In this document: positions 53,150 to 63,998 of the stretch, one piece after another
How positions within the stretch are numbered: the stretch's first letter is position 1
Layout of the letters: the number at the start of each line of letters is the position of its first letter
IMG/VR virus record: IMGVR_UViG_3300028048_000110
Coordinates: 1 to 64,000 of that record
DNA from: a virus
Taxonomy: Duplodnaviria; Caudoviricetes
DNA: 64,000 bases
Direction: 5' to 3' (one strand)
The notes under the pieces: generated by a model
What the model was told of the DNA's origin: nothing
Database searches by the model: none
What the model saw: only the letters and a program-made list of their open reading frames with translations
Made by a program: the position numbers and the translations under genes

Positions 53150-53872
53150 TCATATGCTCTTAGACTATTTTCGAAGACGCCAAATCAACTTGTCAGTGAA
53201 GTCAATAGGGTTTATGTATGTGTTCTTCTCTTGAAGAAATGCCTTGTTCACTTCTGAGTGGTATATGTCAAAGTGCTCATCTAGAAGACTTAGCTCTTGT
53301 CTAGAGAAGTAGTCAAGCCTAGAGACAATCTTCTTGAAGTTTGGTATTGCTGCAAAGAAGTACATTGATATCTCACCTGTCACAATGCTTTTTCCAATCT
53401 GCTTCTTCTCAATGAGCATCCGTAGAAAGTCTTTAGTTGTGAAATACCCTTCATCAATGCATCTATGCGCAATGTTCTTTGCCGACTTGATGAACCACTT
53501 GTATATGCTCTTGCGCAAGTTGAACTTCTTTAGATGCACTATGTACTTGTCAAGCATCTTAGTTGATGCCAAGCATGTGTCTAGCGTTGACTCAGTCATT
53601 CCACACCGCACACAGTACTTTATGTACGGCTCATAGTTGAAGTTGTTAGACTTTGCAGCATTGGCAAATGCGTCAAACAGATCTTTGTGCTTAGAATACA
53701 GAGCTTTTCCAGAGACAAGCTTCAATGGAAATGTCTTGCTCTTGTATGGATTTTGGAGACTTCTATAGTACTTGAAGACTTTTGCAACATACTCACCATC
53801 AAAATATAGAGCATCGTTTTGTTGACTGCTTTCTTCTTTTAGTGTATGACCCGAATCTAATTGACTGTGCAT
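53150..53872 (-). CDS. Hypothetical protein, possible gp59-like helicase loader
   Basis: Lies between gp41 and gp32; YFDGEYVAKVF loosely resembles gp59 YIDGKSVYKL; TAG at 53165 then TGA at 53150. Confidence 0.4.
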
Positions 53873-54476
53873 ATGGCTTGTCTTTTATAGTCTTCTATAT
53901 TTTACGCACAAACAGCCCTTTGAACACACTTGGACAAAGTCTAAACAAGAACTTGAAGAAGTCTAGAATTGTCATGTTGTAGTCATCCAATATCTACTGC
54001 ATGAACTAGATGTCATTGAGCATGTCTACTATTGCTGACCGTTTCACTTGCTCATTTGTCTACTAAGCTGCTAAGCCAGGCTTGTGCTTTACAATGTGGT
54101 CATACAGCTACCAATCATCAAAAGTGTCAATGTCTATCTCATTTGTATAGAAGAACTTTGAGAATGATGCTCTTGACTTGTTTTCAGCAAATGGGACATC
54201 TACATATGGTGCTTGACTTGTGCTTGACTATGCCTACTAGTTGTCAATTTGGCCATCTTGACTTGTGTCTTCTTTCTTCTTTTCTCTGCAAAATGGCTTT
54301 TTTGCAATGTTTACTACTTTAGTGACTGCTTCTTTAAGCGAGATCTTCTTTAGAGTCTTCTTTGTCTTCTTCAAAGTCTTCTTTGCTGTAGACTTCAGTT
54401 TCTTGCTTGTGCTCTATTTATGCTGTGTTTTTTGTCTAGATAGCACAGTCTTATTTCTAGTCTTCTTCTATTTCAT
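53799..54476 (-). CDS. Lys-rich basic protein, 225 aa (TAG=Gln, first at codon 3)
   Basis: Hand translation MK(Q)KKTRNK..KKTLKKTKKTLKKISLK..; not in the track because of TAGs. Confidence 0.7.
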
Positions 54477-54506
54477 CTGTATCTATATACTACACAAGCC
54501 TAGAAG

Positions 54507-55946
54507 TCAAAGTGAACTAATGTTGCTTTGTATCTGCTGCAAGTCTTCTTGCATTCCACTTATGCTGTTGAATGCGTCTCGCATGTTGTCATCTGCAACG
54601 TCTTCTTGCTCTATGTCTGGATTGTTTGTTATGTCCTCTAGAACTAAGTTGTGCGTGTTGACTGTGAACTGCAAGACTTTGCCAACTTGACCACCAAGAC
54701 GGTTCTTCAATATCCTTGACCTGATGATTCCATTCTCTCTGTCTTCTTGCATCTGGAACAATGCCATCAAGAAGTCTGCTGTGAAGGCAATTCCACGAGA
54801 CTGTGATATGTTCTCCATTCCAACATTCTCATTGTTCATGCCTTCAGTGTTTGTCTGTATAGCACTTATCACTGGAGCCTTGAACTCATAGCTTATTGCA
54901 CGCAGCTTCTCTGACACATCAAGACCATCTAAGAACATGTTGTCATTCTGCTTGCTTGATGACTTGACTAGATTGAGGTAGTCAACAATGATAGCATCAA
55001 ACTTGTGCCCATTTGACTTCAAGCTCTCAAGATATGCACGGATGTCATTGCATGTGACAGACTTTGGAGGGTACTCTTTGATGTACAAGTTTGCTGTGGG
55101 GTGCTCTTTATAGAACTTCTTGATGTTCTCAACTGCACGGTCTTCACAGTCATTCAGATGGTTGATGTCTTCTTTTGATATGTGAGCGTCAAACCGCTGT
55201 GCATAGACATCTTCAGACATCTCAAGAGATATGACAACAACACTTAGGCCCTGCTTCAAGAAGTTCACTGCAAGATTTGACAAGAACAATGACTTTCCAA
55301 GACCAGCCTGTGCCATGACTAAGTACAGCGAACGGCCATCTTTCAAGAATCCACCGTGTGTGTATGTGTCAAGGCTTGGCCACAATGTGCTCAATTTGGC
55401 ATCAGGGTTCTTTATGTACTCCCAGTGCAGCTTCATTGCATCTTCATTGAAGTAGTTGAGTCCTAAGTCAGTGTCATTGAACGTTATCTTCTGCACTCTG
55501 TCAAAGTTCTCAAGGCACTTTGCAACAACTTTCTCATAGCCATCTTCACTACTGTTCAAGAGTCCAGCATTGTCATACAATGCATTGTAGAAGGCGTTTC
55601 TACGTATGAACTCTTTCAAGTTGCTGCTGATGACTTCTTCAGGCAAGTTCAAGTCAAATGCATTTATCTCTCCAAGCAGTTCATTGACACTTGACATCTC
55701 TATGCTCTCTTGGGGGTACTTCAATGCATAAGACTTTGCCATTGCAGCTAAAGTCTTTGTGCTAGGCGCTTGTCCATACTTCTCATAGAACCTCACTTGC
55801 AAGTCAGCAAGCACTGCCAAGTTAGGTGTCTTGAAGAACCTCTTGTCAAATGTCCCAACTAAGATGTTCATCCACTTCTTGTCAAGAGAAGCTTTCTTGA
55901 ACAACATCTTCTCTATGTCATCTCTACTGAAATCTAGTTCCATCAC
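54507..55946 (-). CDS. DnaB-like replicative helicase (T4 gp41-like)
   Basis: AQAGLGKS, SLEMSE, IVDYLNL, SAIQTN, ILKNRLG. Confidence 0.93.
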   Translation of the reverse strand: MMELDFSRDDIEKMLFKKASLDKKWMNILVGTFDKRFFKTPNLAVLADLQVRFYEKYGQAPSTKTLAAMAKSYALKYPQESIEMSSVNELLGEINAFDLNLPEEVISSNLKEFIRRNAFYNALYDNAGLLNSSEDGYEKVVAKCLENFDRVQKITFNDTDLGLNYFNEDAMKLHWEYIKNPDAKLSTLWPSLDTYTHGGFLKDGRSLYLVMAQAGLGKSLFLSNLAVNFLKQGLSVVVISLEMSEDVYAQRFDAHISKEDINHLNDCEDRAVENIKKFYKEHPTANLYIKEYPPKSVTCNDIRAYLESLKSNGHKFDAIIVDYLNLVKSSSKQNDNMFLDGLDVSEKLRAISYEFKAPVISAIQTNTEGMNNENVGMENISQSRGIAFTADFLMALFQMQEDRENGIIRSRILKNRLGGQVGKVLQFTVNTHNLVLEDITNNPDIEQEDVADDNMRDAFNSISGMQEDLQQIQSNISSL

Positions 55947-55975
55947 ATATACTTATACTCATATAGCAAAATCGA

Positions 55976-57407
55976 GTGAACTAGTCACACCCTAAATGGT
56001 GTGATCTTCAAGTGTTCTTCCTTGCATCTAGTGCAATCACTTGATTTTCTTGCTTCACAGTCGGCAGTTCCACATGCACAACTTGCATCATGCATGCCAG
56101 CGCTTCCAACTCCACAAGCGTTGATTCCCGACGTCCCATCGGTACTTTTCATAATGTCTCTCAAAGCAAAGTTCCTTATGTTGATTGCAGCATTCAAGTC
56201 TCTGTCAATCTTCATTCCACATTCTGGACACGCATATACTCGGGCATCTAATGGCATCTTCTGCTTATGCCCACAGCAATGACAGATCTGAGTAGAAGCT
56301 TCAAACCTTCCAATTTTCTTGAAGATCTTTCCTTCTCTCATTGCTTTGTAGCTTAGCATAGATGTGAACATGCTCCACCCCAAGTCTGAGATCTTTCTGC
56401 CCAAAGCTTTTTCATTCCTTGCAGACTCAAGTCTTCAATGCAGAAGTAGTCAAATTGGCTATCTTTGACTAGTCTTGTTGAAGTCTTGTGCAAGAAGTCT
56501 TTTCTTTGGTCAGCAATCTTTTGGTGTATCTTTGCTACTTTGATTCTTTGCTTCTCTTTGTTCTTGCTTCCTTTTGTCTTTTTGCTTAACTTCCTTTGCT
56601 CTTGTGCTAGCTTGTCTAGCATCTTCTTGAAATACTGTGGACTGTCAATGCTGTCTCCATTTGAGAATGTCATGAACGTCTTCAGTCCGAAGTCAATTCC
56701 CAACGAGTTCTCATAAAAGATCTTAGCATCGTCAATCATCTTCTTTAGCTCATCCTTTACATGGACAATGAATGACACATAGTATTGTCCAGAAGAATTC
56801 TTTGAGACTGTTGCAGTCCCTATCTTCCCTTTCTTGACTCGTCTTGAGATCTTTACTTTAATTCCATTCTTCCTTGAGAACTTTGGTATCTTGATCTTTG
56901 AGTCTTTGAAGTCAATCTGGAAATGTTGAGGGATCTCAAATGAGTCTTTGTCATACTTCTTTGACTTAAACTTTGGAAAGTTTGCTCTTCCAGCAAAGAA
57001 GTTGTTGAACGCTCTGTCAAGATGGCCAACTGCACATATAAGACTTTGGCTATTCACTTCATAAAGCCAAGGATTTGCTTCTTTAAGCTTCACGGTCTCT
57101 CCAGAACAATTCAATCCAATTGAGTTTAGGTACTTCTATTGGGATGCATACCTTTCTTGATTGAGATGAAGAGCCCAATTGTACATGAAGTGTGTACAAC
57201 CGAAGTGTTTAGCAAGAAGAACCTTCTGCTCATCTGTTGGATATATCCGGAATCTATATGTCTCAATCATTTGGTAATAGAGATATTGTACGTTTTACAG
57301 CTCTATTTACTCAAGACAAATCATAAACTTCACATGTATTTCATAGAAAATTCTAGGCAATTCATATCACACCCTAAAAGATGTGATGTTTCTTGCCTAA
57401 GTGCCAT
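55976..57407 (-). mobile_element. Non-autonomous IS200/IS605 (IS1341-like, tnpB only) element
   Basis: Both end hairpins are near-identical to those of element 17958-19840; no tnpA. Confidence 0.85.
55985..57270 (-). pseudogene. tnpB: TnpB with 1 TAG=Gln and a frameshift near 56400
   Basis: MIETYRFRIYPTDEQ HTH, GIDFGLK, CIEDL; frame changes at GMKKLW/GRKISDLGW; ASTQICHCCG, CPECG, DRDLNAAINI, KITPFRV. Confidence 0.85.
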
Positions 57408-57459
57408 CTAAGCTTCTAGTGCTTAGTCGACGCAACTGCCTCTTGACTGTGCACAGATG

Positions 57460-58068
57460 TCAATTCCAAGACCCATATCCATTGTTCTTGTATGGATTGT
57501 ATGCATCCTTGTTAGGCTCTCTTAGAGAGCTAGGTGCTTGTCGATTGCTAATAGGTGAGAACTTTGCCTGGTTGACAGCTGTCCCTTTTGCTGCCATCTG
57601 CTTGCTGACTTCATCTAGCTGGCAAGTTAGGTTTGCATTGTCAAATGTCAATTCAGATATCTTCACTAGATAGCTGTCAACTTCTGACCTAAGTGCTTTG
57701 TTCTCACGTCTTAGTGACTCAACGCTGCTAGACTCCGCACTAGCATCATCTAACTGCTTCTTCAAGCTGCTGTTCTCTACTGTCAAGTCATGGATTTGGT
57801 CTGCTGCAGTCTTCAATTCAGCGAGCTTCTCAGCATACTCAGCAACTTTAGACTCTAAGATTTCTTTCTCTTTTGAGAGAGCAGTAACTGACTTTTCAAG
57901 CGCATCATACTTCTCAAGCTTCTCTTTTGCTTCAGCAGTCATAGTGCCATTTCCAACAAGAGACTTGTCTTCAAAAGCCTCTTGCTCTCTAGGTACTTCT
58001 TGATTACTGCCATCAAGCAAGCTGTTTGGCTTAACTTTCTTTCCCATGTCTTTGTTTCCTTTATGCAA
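57460..58068 (-). CDS. Coiled-coil hypothetical protein (probable start 58047)
   Basis: 202-aa heptad-rich ORF. Confidence 0.75.
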   Translation of the reverse strand: MHKGNKDMGKKVKPNSLLDGSNQEVPREQEAFEDKSLVGNGTMTAEAKEKLEKYDALEKSVTALSKEKEILESKVAEYAEKLAELKTAADQIHDLTVENSSLKKQLDDASAESSSVESLRRENKALRSEVDSYLVKISELTFDNANLTCQLDEVSKQMAAKGTAVNQAKFSPISNRQAPSSLREPNKDAYNPYKNNGYGSWN

Positions 58069-58071
58069 AGT

Positions 58072-59211
58072 TTATTCTTCGGCAATCTCTTCTTCTATCT
58101 TGTCAAGTTCTTGAGAAGTAGCATTTGAGTACTCCATGACTGTCTTGCTCTTCTCATTGAACTTTTCAATGAATGTTGTCCAAATGTCATCATTCTTGAC
58201 AAGGTCTTTGTAGGTGATCTTCTTGTCAGAGTAAGATGGACAGACATATCCACCGCGGACTTCTTGCAAGAAGCCAAACTTGACAGCATCACTTATCAAG
58301 CCATCATACTTTGAGATGCCTGTTGTGAAGTCAAGATAGACTTGTGCGGTGAACATTGGCTTGCAGATTCTGTTCTTCACTGTGAAGAACTTCAACTTAT
58401 TGCCTTTGTAGAAGCCAACTTCATCATCATTTGACTCAAAGCCTGTCAAGAACTCTGTGTCTGTTGACTTGACAAACACTTTTTCGCACTGCAGTATCAC
58501 ATGTGAAGCAAACTCAATCCCTTTGCCACCAGCAATATTCTGGATCTTTGATGCAAACATTGCTCCTGGATCTTGATATGAGTGGTTGATTACAAGCAAT
58601 GTTGCGTTGCTCTGCACAACGCGCATCATAAGGCCACGCATCATGTTGTTCTTCAACTTTGCCCCGAGACCCATATCCATTGCTGTCTTGTCTTTGTTGA
58701 CTGCATCATTGACAAGCTTGTCAGCAGCAAGAGCACCATAAGAGTCAAGAACGCAAAGCGCTCTGATGTTGTCATTGTTTTCAGGGTCATCGAGATACTC
58801 TTGACGTGCTTTCACTAGCTCATCATACACCTGAAGCATCTTGACTGAGCACTGCTCAATCGAAGCAACAGGGATATGGTTTATCTTTGTCAAGTCAACA
58901 CCTTGCTTCTTGAAGAAGTCAACTAAAGTTCCACCTTCAGAGTCAAATATGTAGACAACATCTACTTGGTCATTCTTCAATGCATTGACAACTGTGTTTG
59001 CTGCAATCAATGACTTGCCAGACTGTGAAAGTCCAAACAGTGTGCTGATTCTTCCAACTGGAAACCCTTTGTGGATGTCTCCAGTAAGGACACGATTGAT
59101 TGCATATGACCCTGAGTCAAAATACTCAGTCACTTTTGCAAATGTAGACTAATCTATAGTCTCTGCTTTTGTCTATTTACGGATTGACTTCACTACGTCA
59201 TTCAACTTCAT
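58072..59211 (-). CDS. uvsX: RecA-like recombinase (UvsX), 379 aa; 2 N-terminal TAG=Gln
   Basis: DSGSYAINR, GLSQSGKS, LDSYGAL, INHSY, GGKG; ATG 59211 with AGGA RBS, MKLNDVVKSIRK(Q)TKAETID(Q)STF. Confidence 0.92.
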
Positions 59212-59247
59212 ATTGTTCCTCTTTTATCTTAAACTTTCACTGTTAAA

Positions 59248-59826
59248 TCATACATCTGTAGACACGTTCTACTTGTTTGAAATGCTTCTTTTCTTTATTC
59301 TATACAAGTAGTTCTTCACTACAATGTAGAACATTGCTAGCCTAAGTGTCTTTATTCTAGTAGCCATAGTGTAGCCTTTGTTCTAGACAGCATAGTCAAC
59401 ATCTTGTGTTATCCAAGGGCACTGCTTGCTCTCTATGACTCTTTTCCACACTTTGTTGAACTTAGACTTGTCTGCAGTCTTCCTTTTGTAGAAATAGTAG
59501 ATGCGGTTCACAATCTTGTCTAAGTCAACCGAGCTCATTTTAAACCCTATATGCTGCCTTAGTATCATGAAGTATTGGTAGAGAGGGTGGTCTTCATCAA
59601 GCAGGCGGTTCACCATTATGTCAGTGTTCTTGTCAATCAAGTAAGGCTCAAACAAGCTTCTTATGCGGCACGCTACCCACCTTGTCAAGTTCTGTGACTT
59701 GAAGTCAAGTGTGTATTCAATATACTAGTTGCTGTCTGTCAAGACAGCAAAATCAACAGCACCACTCTTGATAGATGGCTTCAATGCAAATAAGTGCTTT
59801 ATGTGTGTCTTGTTCTTTACCGCCAC
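59248..59826 (-). CDS. Hypothetical protein (TAG=Gln)
   Basis: Track ORF 59383-59688 extends both ways through TAGs; GTG start uncertain. Confidence 0.55.
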
Positions 59827-59858
59827 ATCTATAAAATACAAAAACTTATGAACAATTG

Positions 59859-61142
59859 TTAATAGTTGTAAACACTTATGCAACTATTGATATAAGTCTT
59901 GCTGAAAACCGCATTTGAAGGCCACAGCGGAAATCGATATTTCAATTTCGATTTTTTGATTATGCCTGCTAGACCCTTCCAAGACATGTAGCGTAGCTCT
60001 AGTTCTTCCTTCCATTGGTTTCCTAGAACCTCTGCATATCTTTGCTACTTTATGCTGTAGCTTGGGTAGATCCAGCCTTTTTGAAATTTATGATAGCTTC
60101 TTCGAGCTATTTCGATTGATGCAGCAACTGGATCAGGACACTATCCTGATCCGTAAACAAAATTCCCAATAATGCTGCTGTAAGCAGCATTGACTTCAAT
60201 CATTTCGACTCCATAGACATTGCAAAGAGTCTACAAATGCATCTTTACAAATGAATATCTGAATTGGCTTCTACAAAGTCTATTGAGGTCTTTATTCCAA
60301 AACTTAGTCGACTTCTTGAAGTTCAAGTCTTCAACTGCAATCTTGCTGACTTTCCAAGTCTTGCATAGTCTCAAAATTCTATGGTTGATCTCATACAACT
60401 CAAAATGCACTTTATTCTTTGACTGCTCTTGAAGCTTAGTGATGTCAATGCATTCTTTGAATATGACTTTGAACTTGTCTTTCTAGTTGAACTCTAAGAT
60501 GCTGATTCCAAAGTAGTTAGGGTTCAAGTCAATGCCAAGGACTCTATTTGCAAACAAATTCTTGAATTGTTTCTCTTTCTCAACAACTGATTCATCATAT
60601 GTCAAGTATATCTTGTCTTTCTTCAATCTAATTGTAACAGGAATCTTTTTCTCAGACGTCAACACTTGAAGCTTCTATAGAATTGATTTCCTTTTGTCAC
60701 AAAGCTTTTCAGCAATAACTAAGTCATGATGCTCTTTTCTACTTCTCTTCCAGACAAACTTTCTATTTTCAACATCAATCTAAAAGAACCTATTTCCCTA
60801 TGACGGCGACTCTCCTTCTGACCAAACTCCAATGCTTCTTGACTCTTTCAATTCTTCTTTTGAAATCAATCCTCTTTGATATTTCAAGAACTTCCCAAAA
60901 TGGACTTTCTTGCCTTTGTTCAAAGTGTAAAGCCCATTTGCCTTTCTCATTGCTGAGTTTCGAAGATGAGAGTTTGCATTTGAAAACGTTGATGACAAAA
61001 TGCGATAGATTTCACCAGCAGTCTTTCCATCTTGGAATCTATTGAATGCAAAACGATACATTGCAGAGCAAATACGAGAGTCTTCAGCAATTGCTTGTTG
61101 GATCTTTTCATTTGTCTTGACTTTGAATGATATCGTTTTCAT
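59859..61142 (-). CDS. Zn-finger-less TnpB-like (IS200/IS605 accessory, Cas12f-size) RuvC protein, 427 aa, 7 TAG=Gln
   Basis: VLGIDLNP (D), IAVEDL (E), VNAAYSSIIG, PDPVAASIEIARR (D); no CxxC. Confidence 0.8.
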
Positions 61143-61284
61143 CTAATCTTATTTACTCATTCGCTTTGCAAATCTTTTGTTTTAAACAAAACTATTTATT
61201 CACATAAGCATACACTATAATCAAAACACATTAGTTGATTACAATTGTTTACATTTGATTATGAAAATGATATAATCTACGCGG

Positions 61285-62469
61285 TCAATCTCTTTCCCAA
61301 CTTACATTGTTTGGGAACTCATATTGTGATCCAGCATCAATCTTCCAATATAGCTTATCAACATATGGCGCAAGAGTGCAGGCCCAGTCAACAACATCAT
61401 AGTAGTCTCCACTAGTCTATAGAGGCTAGATGTATCCACTTGACTCGCATGTAGACAGTGGCCATCCTGCTGCAGCAGCATCTGGCAGATATGGGTCAAG
61501 AATGACTTTTGGAATACTGCTAGAATATGCTTCACTTGATATGTATCCGCTTAAGCTTCCATGCTCATGTGGCCCAAAGTCGCCATTGTCTACGCTCTAT
61601 ATGTACTGCTGTATGTCGTGCTTCTATGGGACAACATAGAATCCAAAGTCAATCTTGTTTATTATTGGAATGTCATCATACACATCTGCACTAGTGTTTG
61701 GGTTGTCAACATATGTAGATATGTCAGCTGTCACCCAGGTTGTCAAGACTGCAGATACAGACTAGTCTGGATGGTCTATCTAGAACTAGTCTATCTCATT
61801 TGGCTTCAACTCTACTATCTCAGCTGACACAAATGATGATGTCACAGATGACAGCACCTTCTAAGGGACAAGCTTTGCTTGACGTGTCCCTCCAAACAAG
61901 AATGTCTTGAACGTGAAGTTGAATGTAGATGTTGTGATGTCATCCTAGGTGCCATCGAACTCATCTGGATGGTCTTCACTGACAGAGTCAGACATTATCA
62001 CCTAGTTGTTCAACTTTATCCCTTCATACTTTGGGTGCTAGCAGGACACATATATGTCACTGTTGAAGAACACCATGAAGTTTGATGCTATCTTGTCAAT
62101 GTCAGAAGGGTACTTTGCGATGACAGACACATCATATGCAATGTCTATTGGGACAGGAGTCAATAACTAGTACCGTCTGTCAGAGGAGCTTATCTCATAC
62201 TTCACCTCATTGTGGAGGTTGTTCAGTCTGTCACCATTACGAGAATAGCCAGTGCGGTTGATGACTATCATTGGCAACTTTATGTTTCCACGCTTCTCAG
62301 GGTTCTCAAGGCTCTTGAGTATTCGAGAACGTTGGCCAAGGACGCAAGGCACTTTAAGCTGTGTTGTCTAGCCTTTAGCATTTGTGCGGCCAATTCTAAT
62401 GTTGCTGAATATGCGCTTGAAAAGCAAAGACGCAATTGCCAACTCATCGTTGTAGCTCTAGAATTCCAT
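61285..62469 (-). CDS. T4 gp15-like tail completion/sheath stabiliser, 394 aa, 14 TAG=Gln
   Basis: F..IFSNIRIGR..LKVPCVLG, LPMIVINRTGYSR, PVPIDIAYDVSVIAK, DKIASNFMVFFN, FTFK. Confidence 0.8.
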
Positions 62470-62493
62470 ATATAGAGTATTTACTCTAAATGG

Positions 62494-62958
62494 TCATCCG
62501 CCATTCAACTGCTTCTCTGTTATGACGTGGAATTCATAGCCTTTTGACTTAGCTAGTGCTTTAGCAGCTTCCCACTTGCTTTGGTTCGTCATCCACGTCA
62601 TCTGTGCTTTAGCATCACTACGTGCTCTGCCTTTTGGTGGGTGTGTTTCAGACTCAGGCTTTATCTCTACCCATATTGTCTTGTGGACAGGGCCAACTTT
62701 GACAACAATAGAGAAGTCAATGAAGTATCTACGTACTCGGCCACGGGCTCGGTCAAAGTACTTTATTGCTGTGCCTTCATATCCCCAAGACACAACATTT
62801 GGATTACGGTCAACATAGAGCATGAACTTCAGCTCAAGAGCACTTTTATACTCTGGCCGGTCTTTTCCAACATATTTCTCAGGATGTTGTGGAAGAAAAA
62901 GACCACACGCAGCATTTGAGTACTTTCCACGGTTGTTCTTGTCAGCAATATGGACCAT
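62494..62958 (-). CDS. T4 gp4-like head completion nuclease (TnsA-N fold)
   Basis: [50 protein letters not shown]. Confidence 0.88.
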   Translation of the reverse strand: MVHIADKNNRGKYSNAACGLFLPQHPEKYVGKDRPEYKSALELKFMLYVDRNPNVVSWGYEGTAIKYFDRARGRVRRYFIDFSIVVKVGPVHKTIWVEIKPESETHPPKGRARSDAKAQMTWMTNQSKWEAAKALAKSKGYEFHVITEKQLNGG

Positions 62959-62966
62959 GTATATAA

Positions 62967-63998
62967 TTACATTGGAGGCATTGAGAACAGACTGCTGGCG
63001 TTGACTGCTGCTGTGCACTTCTTCACTTTCTTCTCATCTTGCCATTTTCCACGGCTAGCCATCCACAACTTCATCTGCAGTGAGTCATACACCATAGTGT
63101 CAAGCACTTTAGGGCTAGCAAACGTCTTGATGTTGCCTGTTGCTAGCACACGTTCATTGATGTCTTTCTCTCTAGTCTTGCCATCAAACCAGACAAAGAA
63201 CTTAGATGCTTTGCCAGTCTCTATCATCTTCTTTGTTGCTGCTAGCCCAGGAGTGTCATTGTCAAATGCGACAACAACTTCATGATGAGGCCATCTCTCT
63301 TTTATGAGCTTTAGTTGGTAATCAGTGAGCGACTTTGTCCCTGTTGCTATGCCATTCTTGACAAACAGACTGTCATAAACTCCTTCGAATGCAAATATCT
63401 TGTTGTAGCTTGGATCAACATTGTCAAGGCCATACAGCAGCTTCTTCTTGCCTTTTGGGAACATGTACTTCATCTGCTTCAGCTTCAAGAAGTCATTCAA
63501 TTGGTAGTATGCATCTACCCCGTTTACGCGCCATGGTATAAGGATGTACTCTTCTAAGCCATCTTTTGACACGGCTGAGTACAATGGCTCTTTCAAGAAT
63601 GGAGCATCAAGAACTCTTCTACTTTGCAAGTACTCTTTTGCTTTTTCAGTCAATGGCTTCTTCATTGATGTGTCAAGAGCAGGCTTCAAGTTGAACACGC
63701 TTGGCTCATCACTTGGACTAGGCATCCATGTAGTTGATGAAAGCGAGCCATCAAACCCCGACTTCAAGAACAAGTTGACATACTCTCTATGTATAGCTTC
63801 ATAGTCTGGCCCTGACAGAATCTTCAATAGCTTTATTCCAGACAGACTTGCTCCACAGTTGAAGCAGTAGTATGAGCAGTCTTTGTTCAAGTATATCCAT
63901 CCACGCTTCTTTGTTGCAGACTTCTTTGAGTCACCACAGATGAAGCATCTGCAGTTTATCTTGTCTCCAACCCTGACATTTGGCTGTGGAAGATACTG
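62967..63998 (-). CDS. T4 gp61-like DNA primase, partial (start beyond window)
   Basis: [20 protein letters not shown] Zn finger, [22 protein letters not shown] Toprim. Confidence 0.92.
   Translation of the reverse strand, partial: QYLPQPNVRVGDKINCRCFICGDSKKSATKKRGWIYLNKDCSYYCFNCGASLSGIKLLKILSGPDYEAIHREYVNLFLKSGFDGSLSSTTWMPSPSDEPSVFNLKPALDTSMKKPLTEKAKEYLQSRRVLDAPFLKEPLYSAVSKDGLEEYILIPWRVNGVDAYYQLNDFLKLKQMKYMFPKGKKKLLYGLDNVDPSYNKIFAFEGVYDSLFVKNGIATGTKSLTDYQLKLIKERWPHHEVVVAFDNDTPGLAATKKMIETGKASKFFVWFDGKTREKDINERVLATGNIKTFASPKVLDTMVYDSLQMKLWMASRGKWQDEKKVKKCTAAVNASSLFSMPPM

Noticed and set aside
59859-61142. Compact Cas12 (Cas12f/Cas-lambda-like) CRISPR effector
   Set aside because: No repeat-spacer array on either side within the window; kept as TnpB-like.
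62494-62958. TnsA transposase or homing endonuclease
   Set aside because: Motifs and context (next to gp15 and primase) fit the T4 gp4 head-completion protein, which shares the fold.
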